From Owenia fusiformis (taxonomy: Eukaryota), in NCBI GenBank assembly GCA_903813345.2, contig CAIIXF020000001.1, forward strand, positions 7,130,001-7,194,000: a stretch of 64,000 nucleotides of DNA. Reading direction: 5' to 3'. Below the pieces are notes generated by a model. It was not told the DNA's origin. It saw only the letters and a list, made by a program, of their open reading frames with translations, and searched no databases. The position numbers and the translations under genes were made by a program. Below, one piece after another: positions 34,660 to 46,234 of this stretch (its first letter is position 1; each line of letters starts with the position of its first letter).

Positions 34660-35900
34660 CAGGTATGTTCATTTATCAACGTGTATACTTTTCGTAGATG
34701 GGAAAGCATCCTGCTGAAATTCAAAAAGACTATAGTGATAGGAAAAAGCACCAAAAAGAGCGTGCTCGGGTTCATAAATGCATTGTCTCAGTAGCTGAGT
34801 GCACTATCTGAAAAAGATAAAGACCATAAAAGAAAAAATTATGTCATTGCGCCTGAGACATGTTATGTTAGTCTCAGATAGCGTAATAATACAGGAGACA
34901 AATCAAAAAGAAGAGAGACTGTTAGCAATGACCCAAGTAATGCCGATAACAATGATTGTGACCGTGTTTATGGCAGTGGTACAAGTAACACACAATTAAT
35001 AGTTCATATAAATTTTGCCTGGAATTTTGCAAAAAGGACATGAATGGCTCTTTAGAAAACGGATTAGTAGAACTTGGGGACGTACGTACCCATAAAAAAC
35101 AAAGCTCCCCGAACATAGATAAACATGGAAAAAACAATCACAAATCATTCCAAAGGATCTCACAGAAGCAGAGAAAAATAGAACCAAGGGTCCAAGCACG
35201 CCAAAAACACCAAAGAGTGCAGGGAAAAAGTGATGCGATGCAAACTTTAACATAGTGATATCCCTAGAGTTGAGGAGAAGATTAGTACGAGGAAAACACG
35301 TAGTTGAAGAGTTGAAGCAGACGCAACATGACTGGCGGGGAAATGCCTGAAAGAGTGTTCAAGTCTAGTTGATATAATATGACTAAAGGCGATGGAAGGT
35401 GATACAAGCTTAAGGGCCTTGCTTGGCTGGACAAAAATGAAATGAGTACTCGACGTTTACCACAAGCAAAGGAATATAAATGTGTTGAAGCAAATAAACA
35501 GTGTTAAAAGCGCCCTGCACAAAAGTGAAACAAACCAGGAATGACATACAAGAAGAGACAACATAGCTATCCAAGAGTATTCTGACAGGGCCATCATGCT
35601 GACTGAGAGTGGAGATAAAGAGCTACATCTTGGCGATTTTTTCACTGCAGTTTACAATTACTGTTGGTATGTCGAAAAGGCACTGCATGTAGATACTGAT
35701 GATAATAAATACTATTTTTTAAGAAAAGAAGAATCTCCAATGGTCTCTAGAATGTTACGTTATTTGGCTGAGAGTCTCAGATTTTGAGTGTGTAGTAGAG
35801 GAGTCAATTCCAACAGGGAAGTTTAAAGGGCTATCTAAACTCTAGATCTGTGTCCTGAGATTCAAACTCGTGTTCTATGGGATTTATATGTCCAAGCTAG
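34660..35900 (+). pseudogene. Degenerate coding remnant, probably of an old DNA transposon
   Basis: Fragmented frames MGKHPAEIQKDYSDRKK..KERARV and LGDFFTAVYNYCWYVEKALHVD with many stops. Lies within a 22-bp inverted repeat pair (23002-23023 / 37741-37762). Confidence 0.3.
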
Positions 35901-36115
35901 GATTAAGTAACGTTTTCAGGAGTTCATATGTACCTATGATATTAGAGGAGACACTGAATGTTGTTACTTTTTGACGATAATCACAAATTATATAGTATAG
36001 TTTTGATCTTGCGATTGTAAGTTTTGTAATCACTTACGTTACAAAGGATTTAGCATTACAAATGTGTGAAGAAAGACTAAGTCCCTTTAATCCTGTATAT
36101 ATTCATTCCAACATA

Positions 36116-36912
36116 CAGGGTGTCCCAAAAAAAAGGAAACCAGCAATAGATTGCTTATTTCTCAAATATGAATAATGATAGGAAAATTTCACAGCTATCC
36201 TCTGATAGATTATGATGTCCTCTTTCTTATGATACCAAAGTTGTCTATTTTCCTTCACGGATGACTGAGTAATAAGGGATTTAAGTGACCATGTCAGAAA
36301 TGAGTTTGTACCACTTTCAGCCAAGTCAATTTCACCATCATAACAAAGTGATAAGTAACAACAAACATCAGGATATCACTCTTATACTCATTTATTCCAA
36401 TTAAAATTACACATATCATATTTAACACCCCTTTTAAATCCCAATGTCCAATCAGAGTTGTTTTAACCCCAGTGTCATCATCAGGGATGCAGTACGTGCG
36501 ATGAGATCAAGGGCAGACATTTGCATTGAAAGGAATGGGGGTCATGTTGAAGGATTCTGGGGTTAAAACAACTTTGAATGGACATTGGGATTTAAAAGGG
36601 GTGTTAAATATGATATGTGTAATTTTAATTGGAATAAATGAGTAAAAGAGTGATATCCTGATGTTTGTTGTTATTTATCACTTTGTTATGATGGTGAAAT
36701 TGACTTAGCTGAAAGTGGTACAAACTCATTTCTGACATGGTCACTTAAATCCCTTATAACTCAGTCATCCGTGAAGGAAAATAGACAACTTTGGTATCAT
36801 AAGAAAGAGGACATCATAACCTACCAGATGGTAGCTGTGAAATTTTCCTATTATTATTCATATTTGAGAAATAAGCAATCTATTGCTGGTTTCCTTTTTT
36901 TGGGACACACTG
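36116..36912. mobile_element. Tc1/mariner-type fold-back MITE, near-perfect ~360-bp arms, TA TSD
   Basis: TA-CAGGGTGTCCCAAAAAAAAGGAAACCAGCAATAG ... CTATTGCTGGTTTCCTTTTTTGGGACACACTG-TA. Confidence 0.92.
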
Positions 36913-38687
36913 TATAGCGTATGTGACAATATATTGATTCATTACGTGTTTTGTGCATAAATAATGGTTGTGTTAGCTTTAATGTTTCTATTGCAAAAGT
37001 TAGTTAATTTCTCCATCATTTACGTTACTTGATGGTCCACTGAACTATGTTTGTTTTAAATGTTACTATTGGTTAAAATGCAGTGTAAACATGATAAAAG
37101 AAGCACCAGTTGATGGTTTAACCACGATCACATATGATATGACTCATTCTACGATGTTACTATTTTTGGATCATATACGTTACCAAGGGTGTAATGATAT
37201 ACAAATTTCAAATAGATTTTGTATGGCATATCAAACACCAAGATATGGCTATCAATTGATTCTGAACACTATTTCTAATCAGAAAAGAAAGATAAATTTA
37301 ATGTTAACAGACTGATTTTCTATAAAATTGGAATGACATGTAGCACTTAGGTTTTGTTTCTGAAAAGGAATAATAAGTCACATGTAATTGTTGACTTCAA
37401 TGTGAATTCTTTCCACTTATGTCTCTTCAAAATGCCTGATGTATGATTTAGTATTAAGACAAAATATATCCTTATTGTTAGGAACAAAAACAGACATGAG
37501 AATAATATGTTGAATGAAAATATAGGTCTCTTGCTACGACAACCCTCTATAACGTAAATGACAGAGACTTACTTTTTTAAATAAACACTAGATAAGCTTC
37601 AACATGTGACTTTTCCATGAAGGGGTATGAGATTGATGAAGATATTTTGACTTTAGATACTTAACATATATTCAAATAAAAATACATCAACTTTAAACCA
37701 TTCAAAGCTACTTTAATTTTCGTCAGATTCATACCTGGAATTTGCATTCTTATTGAGAATGGATGAACTGGGCAACCAAAGCCCCACATAAAAACAAATA
37801 ATAATCATTGCTAATAAGCCAAAGAATGGGTATCGACAAGGCGAACTTTTTGAACACACGTTTCTCTTAAACCAGTCATCAAAAATTTCTGAAAATCTTA
37901 CAAATTGTCAATTTCAATCCTTTGAATGGTAACAATATAATTTGAAATAGATGGCATACTTTCATCTATATTGTTTTAAAAAACACATCAAACACTTGCA
38001 ATTGTTTTGTTCTTGGTATCATGTTTCCAGAGTGAAATGAAACATCTTTCCGAACCTCATTGGAACAAAACGACATAAACACAACATGTTTAGGTCTCTC
38101 AATATTGTAATTGTACAAAGGAAATTTTGGTTGATTTTAAAAAAGTATCTTGTTAATGAAATAAAAGGGTTTTCTTGATTTTTATCTATTTTTGGGGGGG
38201 GGATTTTGTTTTAATTTTTTGAATACTTTTTTAAAATCAACCAAAAATTCCTTTGTATAACTTTAATATTGAGAGGTCTAAAAACATGTTGTATATGCTA
38301 TTTTGTTCCAACAAGGTTCGGTAAGACATTTTATTTTCATTCTCAAGAATTGGTAGAAAGGAGCAAAAACAAAAAATGTTAACAAAAACAGGTTATATAA
38401 AATATTTCTAAATAATTTTCGCATTAAATTGTTGTCAATCAGTCAACATTACATAAAATACCATGTTTTTTACAGAATGTTTTCAATGATTGGTTTAAGA
38501 GAAAAACATTGTTGAATTCAGTTCTCCATATAGATACCTATCCTTTGCTCATGAACGCCAATTTAAAGGCAAGGTATAGTAGAGTGATGTTATGGGATGA
38601 AAAATATTTGTTTACATAGGAATTAGGAAGTGCCATTCAAAATATTTGGGCAAAATGAAGACTTTATTTCATAGTATTGTAAAGAAT

Positions 38688-38995
38688 CGTGGGGAGCAGG
38701 AGGGGGACTCGCCGGACTGACTAGCAAGCTAGCCTAATGTACACTAGATGCACCGCGAATGTGTTCGAGACCCACCTGATCCTCCCCTGGTTTCTCTATA
38801 AGGGTGGTCAGCTTGGCGGTTGGGTATCTACCTGTGACCTACTGAAGTTGTGGCCGAGCGGAGACCATTTTCGGACCTGTATCCCCCGGGTGAGGATACC
38901 AAGCTCCCTGTGCAAGCAGCATGCCGGGGTGTGTGTGCAGTCTTGGGGAATAAAGTTAACCTGAATGAATTTACCCTTAATAAATAACAAACATA
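38688..38995 (+). mobile_element. SINE-like element
   Basis: GC-rich ~300-bp island with a pol III B-box-like GTTCGAGAC (~38763) and a 3' AATAAA/A-rich tail. A-box not clear. Confidence 0.45.
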
Positions 38996-39793
38996 TAAGT
39001 TAAGTTTGTGCTATTAGCCAAATCTACCAAAACAATGTACAAGTATATCCAAATAAGCCAGTGTAGTGAGTTATGTGAATTGAAGCCAAAAAGCCCACCC
39101 AAATTTGCTACAAAACTGCTACTGAGAAAACACACTGAAGTTGTACCTCCTTGTTCCAGTATATGAAGTTCAGTTTAGTGAATCAGTTCAATGGATCAAC
39201 CAATCACAACACTGGACACTGAACCAAGTAACCCTAAAGTTAAACATAACTCCATAGTTTGGAGGAAATATAGATTAAACAAACAAACAAACAAACCAAC
39301 AACAGCTCAAATGGACCACATCAAAGCTTACAATGAATTATCAAAAAATATTTTCGATCTGTCAAGCTTTACATATCAAGTTTTTATCAATGTCATTGAA
39401 AGATGACAAAGTTGTTTGTATTACATGATACATTCATTTTTATAGAACTGTCGCCATCTTTCAAATCAATAGTAATTTAAAAACATGCAATTTGTTTAAC
39501 CACGGAGGACTTCTTGTTCAGGTCCATGGTTACCATGTGCATGCATGCCTAATGATCTCTGAACTTCAAATGCTTTTTTCTATGCGAGTTATTTTTTTCT
39601 TGGTTCAAACTTTGTGTCATATTTGAGCAAGTGTGTGGGTAACATGTTTCAATGATCATTTTTTATTTTTTTCTAAATAAGTATAGTATTAAGGCTTCCT
39701 AAAATTGATAAAGTGCACAGATGTTTTGTAGTTGGATCTCATAGGTTCAAAGAATAATACAGGAATATTTATTGAGCTACTGTACTGATTCTA

Positions 39794-40504
39794 CAGGGTG
39801 GTCAAAAAAATGGAAACCCTGCATTTTCCTTATATCTTTGTCACTTTAAAAAATTACTCCCTGATATTTCACACATTTGTACATCATTCAATTTCCTACC
39901 ACCCTACCATATTTCATGACCATCACACTAATAATCACAATTTTACAGCACTTTGAATATCATGCTTCAGATTTGGCCATTATCGCGCTGTAGGCAAAAC
40001 AGCACAGTTGTCAATGACCCGCATTGCACAGAATTGGTCGAATAGCCGATAGATGTCATTCATTGATTAAACATGACGTCATATTTGAGATCTTAAGATA
40101 AATCTGACGTCATGACGTCAGTGCCATAGAAACTGAGATTGTCTTATTTTATTTTGACGTCATGAATGCATTCCTCAGCAGGTATGGCCTGAATGACACA
40201 AATGATCTCACTTTTGAGGTTTGCAATTGTCCTGAGGTCATTCTCATATACTCTTTCTCTGTCATATCCCCACAGGTAAGGACATTTTAGACGATAAGTA
40301 CAGGTTTCCCCACAACGCAATTGTGGCCAATGGGCATGTTCTTTAAAGTACTGTATGACTATCAATCTGAGGGTCATGAAATAAAGTAGGCTGGTAGCAA
40401 ATTGAATGATGTACAAAAGTGTAAAATATCAGGGAGTTATTTATTAAAATGACAAAGATATGAGGAAAATGGTATTAGGGTTTCCATTTTTTTTGACCAC
40501 CCTG
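39794..40504. mobile_element. Tc1/mariner-type MITE with TA TSD
   Basis: TA-CAGGGTGGTCAAAAAAATGGAAACCC ... GGGTTTCCATTTTTTTTGACCACCCTG-TA. Confidence 0.88.
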
Positions 40505-40773
40505 TACTACAAAAGAATCTGGCCGGGATCTATGAATTTGTGCAAGAAATTCTCCCGGCATTCTGTAGTTCCCACAGAGCTCCACAGGACAGAGCATAAG
40601 GTTGACACACAGTGAGCACTATCAATCTTCATTATTCAGTTATAAGATATTAGATAGATGGTGCTGACTGTGGGTTGACAGGCTGACTTCGCGGAGTTAG
40701 GCTACAAAAACAAGTCTCACGATATGTTAAACCAAAGCAGACGATGTTTGCTTGTCGTGGCCTTAGAGGTGAC

Positions 40774-40866
40774 TGACGTCACCGGAAGCACGAGAACAGC
40801 AAACTTTTGATTTGTTTTGTTTCAACTATTATTGCAAGAACGCTGATTTCTGTCGACCTTGTAAGT
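40774..40866 (+). promoter_or_regulatory. Candidate promoter and non-coding first exon of the downstream + strand gene
   Basis: Adjacent CRE TGACGTCA (40774-40781) and ETS-like CCGGAAG (40782-40788) in a CpG-containing patch, followed by a consensus donor GTAAGT at 40861. Confidence 0.5.
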
Positions 40867-41324
40867 ATTAGGCAACATTGTTTCTTGTTAAGTTGGATAA
40901 GTAAGTTAGTTAAGTTAGTTAAGAAGAAGAAAAATGGCATGACCTTAGCTTATTTGGCAATCAAGGGTCTTCATTCCTTCATTTCAGCATGGACGTATAT
41001 CATCATTTCAGCAACTTCAAAATTTTTATTTGAAAATTCCTCAGACGTTGTCATAAATGGGGTGGTTGATTTTTCAATTCACCCCCACAACTACATGTCT
41101 ATTGAAATTTTGTTGTTGAACAGATTTCAATGTTTTCCTTTCATCAATAAAATCCAAAAATAGGGAATCGAAAGGCCGATCAAAATACCACAATGCTATG
41201 GAAAAACAAATTCATTTTGTACACAAATGACATATCTTGGATTGCTTTTGTTTTGGCCGTGGATTACTCACTTCGAGAGCCATGTTAGATTTTGAAACTT
41301 ATGGCTCTCAAACGCGGAAGTTAA

Positions 41325-41799
41325 CAGCTGATCAATAGTGACCTTTGAAATCGAATTAAGTCGATCCGCGGCTTACTTTTGGTCTCTAACTGTGTCTTAC
41401 ATCAGTATCATCAATCCGTGTAAGTATTAGAGCGCTGGAGTACTTCTTTTTCGATCAAGACTTGTAATTGTTAGTCGAGTGAATCTTTTTACTGCCAAAT
41501 TCCAATATGGCGTTTTCTGCTCGGACATTTTCGTAAATCTCCGGAGATTGTCCGAACCTAACTAATTCTCAAAATTCATTTCGTTAGTTGCGTATCTCGC
41601 AAATGAATAAAATAATAAATAAATAGGTCTAAAAAACATTCACTCGATGAACCATTTACAAGTCTTGATCGAAAAAGAAGTATTTCAGCGCTCTAATACT
41701 TACACGGATTGATGATACTGATGTAAGACACAGTTAGAGACCAAAAGTAAGCCGCTGATCGACTTAATTCGATTTCAAAGGTCACAATCATTCAGCTGT
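41325..41799. mobile_element. Fold-back MITE (~165-bp arms)
   Basis: GTGACCTTTGAAATCGAATTAAGTCGATC...CAAGACTTGTAA is mirrored at 41655-41787. Confidence 0.8.
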
Positions 41800-43437
41800 C
41801 CAAATGGTCCGTGGGAAAGCTACATTGTATTATATCAAAATTCAAATAGCTTTCGCAGGAAGTAAGCCGCGGATAGATCTGGTCTGCCTTGCGCATGGAC
41901 CTGAAGTCTAAAGTCTGTGCCTAGTGGGAAATTCTAGGCCCACTATAATCTGATTATTGCACAGCAGATTCCGCCTTTCCTGTATGGCTGTTGGGCATGG
42001 GGTTTGCGATCTGATAGAGGGTCCATTCACAAGAATAAGCACAAATGAAATAATATTAAGGGTAACACTTCAAATTCTATGAATTCTGCAATGTATAACA
42101 TTTAGGATGCCAAAGCTGGATAATCATGATAAAGAGGTGTATTATATTTCGGCCTATTTTTTGAAATATCAATATTTTTCTGAAATTACTTTCAAGACCT
42201 CTTGATCCTTGGGTTTGGCTAATAAAATGTTTCAATGGCCTCTTAAATATATTTCGATGCCTCTCTGCCAAAAAAATTAATTGGCTGAAATTACTTAAAT
42301 TACAAGAGGTCACAGGTTTATAATTAATCTGAAATATACAAATGTCATAAGTGTATATATAGGATATCCTACATTCATTTGTAGATTTGTGTATGATTTT
42401 AGTGATGCATTTTTATCCACAAATTGATATTGATATCTGGATGAGTGAATGAGTGCAGATACATGTATTGATATGAGTAGAATAAAATGATATCACGAAA
42501 ATGCATAGGATGTTCTATTTATCCCATAGTTCACTTATAAAGCTAACCAAACATTTCAAAACAATATTCATTCATTAATTCATCATGTGACGTCATCAAG
42601 TAACAATACACGTCACTTTGGCAGGAGTTTTCAAATCCATGAAAATGTGATATGCTGTGGAATTCTATTCTACAGATATTGCTTTTTTCCATGCATTTGC
42701 AAATTAATGAAAATATCATAAACATATCTACATGGTATCCTGTACAGATTTGACCTCAACTATGGGATAACATATGAATTTTCATTGCGACACTGTGACT
42801 CCTTGACTCTTTAATTTTAGGGTTTTTAACATTGTGAACAGTGTTTGGCAGTTGGTGTCCAGCTTTAGGTGATTGTGTTTGATATCTGTAACAAATAAAA
42901 AAAATATTGAAAACATTTGTCAATTTTGATCAGTATAAATAATGGCCATCAACCAAGACTTACACTATAGATAAACACAGAGTACATATGGAGGTCCAAA
43001 AAACAAACATACATTGTAACTCAATTTATTCTCATTTATTGAATAAAAATAATATGCATGAATCTATCAAATCATGTGATACAACTTGTACACATCCACA
43101 TAGTGCTGTATAAATAAACTCTTGGTTCCTCTAATGTGAGAAAATATGAGTGCGAATGTGAATTATCTGCAGTGTAAACAGTCAGTTTAATTCTGCATCA
43201 ACATTCACAGTGAACTGTAACCCAAGCTGCTAGAACAGTCACGCCATAATGATGCCTGATATCAGTTGACTTTACTCGCATGCTGTTGAATAAATGTGAA
43301 CATTCTTTTGTTCCATTGTATTCAGTAAGTGTAGCATTTCTACTTACCAATATGTTAATGAAGAACAGTTATTGTTTTCTGACTGATTTAGTAATTTACT
43401 TCCCCATCCCCCCATTATCACAGTCATTCTTGCAGTG

Positions 43438-43991
43438 ATATATATATATAACTTTTATTGACATATAGTATCATAACATGATTACATTAGTCAGAACTAT
43501 GGTAGACTACATATCTAAACTACAAAACACCAACTAAACTAAAAATACAAAAAATATATAAGGTAACAATAATAGTATGGTGCACACACAATGCATTATG
43601 ACCATGTTAAATTCTTAAATGAATGGTAAATGAATTTGCCAATATGTCTTTGCAAGGTTACATTTTTACTAGAAATAAGATTGACAAATAAATTTTCACT
43701 TTGTAAATCCAAGTTAGGTAAAATTTCACGGGCTTTTGTAAATAATATTTGCCTATTCTCATCATTTTTTGTACAAGCTAAAAAGAAATGACATTCATCC
43801 TCTACATCTTTACAAATATTACATACTCTGTCCTCTAAAGGTTTTGGTTTTGGCTTTGTATGTCTTCCAGTCTCAATTGCTAACTGATGAGAACTCATTC
43901 TAAATCTACTTGTAGCCAATCTATACTTTTTATTATCTAGTTTCAAGTACAATTCTTTACCAAAATCATTTTTAAATACATATCTATACAT
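43438..43991 (-). mobile_element. 5'-truncated LINE 3' fragment (ORF2 C-terminal Cys/His region, RTEX-like)
   Basis: FRMSSHQLAIETGRH...RVCNICKDVEDECHFFLAC, then a 3'UTR, AATAAA and a (TA)n tail at ~43438-43460. Confidence 0.75.
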
Positions 43992-44431
43992 ATATATACA
44001 TATACATACATATCAGTGTTTTGAGGGTGTTTCTTGTTACTCAAGGGGGGGGGGGCACTCAATCTGTTGAATATTTAGGGGTTTATGTTTTAATGTTCTT
44101 CACCAATTTTCTATACTCAAATACCATACATACTATACAATTATATATCATACATATTATCAAATTAATGAAAATATTATCTGTCCAACCATGGGCTTTC
44201 AACTAGGGCTTTTCTAATTGAAAGCCCATGGTCCAACACAAGGAAAAATATTTCACTTTTTGTGATCTTATAACATGGGGTCTATAGGGAATCTACTCTA
44301 CCCAGTAGTCTGACATTTTCAAAAAAAAATTAAATTTTCTGAAGTTGATAAGTAATAATGTAAATCACTTTTTTAGATGTAGATTTCAAACTATCACTTT
44401 GACTAAATTTTGAATGATGAATGACATAAAT

Positions 44432-44628
44432 CAGGGGCGGATCTGGGAACCAACAAGGGGGGGGGGGCAAATTTCAGGTCAGAGAAAAAATTTTGGGCCC
44501 GTCAAACCGAAAAGTGGGTTCACATATTCTTCAAAATTTGGCCTGAAATTATAAAATAAGGCTTTACTAGGCCCAATTTTTTCTTGGCCAACCCAAGGGG
44601 GGGCAGCCCCCCCCCAGATCCGCCAGTG
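44432..44628. mobile_element. CAGGGGCG-type MITE with 5-bp TSD; truncated relative at ~46255-46355
   Basis: CAGGGGCGGATCTGGG / CCCAGATCCGCCAGTG. TAAAT at 44427-44431 and 44629-44633. Confidence 0.85.
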
Positions 44629-45438
44629 TAAATCAATGTTATTTCTACTTGCATCTAGTCTATTGGACATTCATCTGATCAAATATCAAAGTTACAGGTT
44701 GTGACAAAGAGAATTATCAAAATTGAGGAGTGACTAATAATTCTTTTCGAATTGATAGTGGTGTTGATAAAGTGCCAATGGCAAACCAACATTGAATTAA
44801 CTGATTGCTTCAATGTTTTAAAAAAAACCTCGTAAAATCAGAAATCATTTTTTGAAATTTTTATTTTATTAAAATTATATGGATGGTTATGCAGCTTAAT
44901 GTTAGACTTTGATATCATCAGTCTTCCTGTTCATTTGAAAACAAAAGTTTATAGCAAAAGCCAATTAATAATGATAAGCTTTATTTGTTCTCATACTTAA
45001 ATATTTCACAGGTGATATGGTTTCATGGTGTTGACACTGTCTCTTATAAGCACCCCCTAAACCACTCAAATAGAAATTCATAAAGGAAAATAAAATAGAG
45101 AGTCTAATTTGAGTTTTGTTTGATTTTATATATGTGAGGTCACTCAAGAATGTCCTTATGTTCCCAGCAATGTGCCATGTCATGTATACAATCAATGGAC
45201 TTTGGACAGTACTTGTTCCTTCAGCAGGATGCATGGCTAGATAATCAATATATAAATCTTTGTACTCATAATTGACATGCTTCAGTTTACACCAAGTGTT
45301 TATCAGTTTATAGGGCAACAAACATGTCACTCCAACCCCTTGGCTTGGTGTCATATCATTATCGTTATATGGTTACCGATCAACCAAAGCAACGGTTCTT
45401 GAGTCTTAAAAACTGACTGAGCTTTAACTGAGTAAATA

Positions 45439-46234
45439 CACCCTTGGTATACGCAGCTAACGAAAATTGACCGGTACGGGTCAAAAGCTGGACCAGTACG
45501 GGTTAACGGTTTTATTTGAATTTAAAATAGCCATATCTTGCTCAATATTGACTTCCTCGTGTCTAATTTTTTGAAATATATGATGCCTCTCAATGCTTTT
45601 AAGTACCCCAATTTTTTACAGATTTTTAAACGGACCAAAACTCTCTAAATACGCATTTATGCTCTTTTCTCTCGAGAACGACTGTCTCATTTTCACGATA
45701 ACTTTTATTTAGTACTTCTAACATATAAGATCTATTTTTCCCCATCAAGGTATGATGTAAATGAACCGGTCCGTTTTCTCGCTGCAAGCAGATTGCCCTG
45801 AACTGGTCCGTCTTCTCGCTGCAAGCAGGATGAAATTCTTTGTCACAAAGTTTGGCATTTTTTATAAAATCAAACGCGCGTCATTGAAACTCACAAGATG
45901 TAAATAGCATGTCATTTACATCATACCTTGATAGGGAAAAATAGATCTTATATGTTAGAAGTACTAAATAAAAGTTATCGTGAAAATGAGACAGTCGTTC
46001 TCGAGAGGAAAGAGCATAAATGCGCATTTAGAGAGTTTTGGTCCGTTTAAAAATCTGTAAAAAATTGGGGTACTTAAAAGCATAGGGAGGCATCATATAT
46101 TTCAAATTAGACACGAGGAAGTCAATATTGAGCAAGTTATGGCTGTTTTAAATTCAAATAAAACCGTTAACCCGTACCGGTCCAGCTTTTGACCCGTACC
46201 GGTCAATTTTCGTTAGCTGCGTATACCAAGGGTG
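45439..46234. mobile_element. Fold-back MITE with CACCCT termini and 5-bp TSD
   Basis: ~325-bp inverted arms starting CACCCTTGGTATACGCAGCTAACG. AAATA at 45434-45438 and 46235-46239. Confidence 0.92.
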
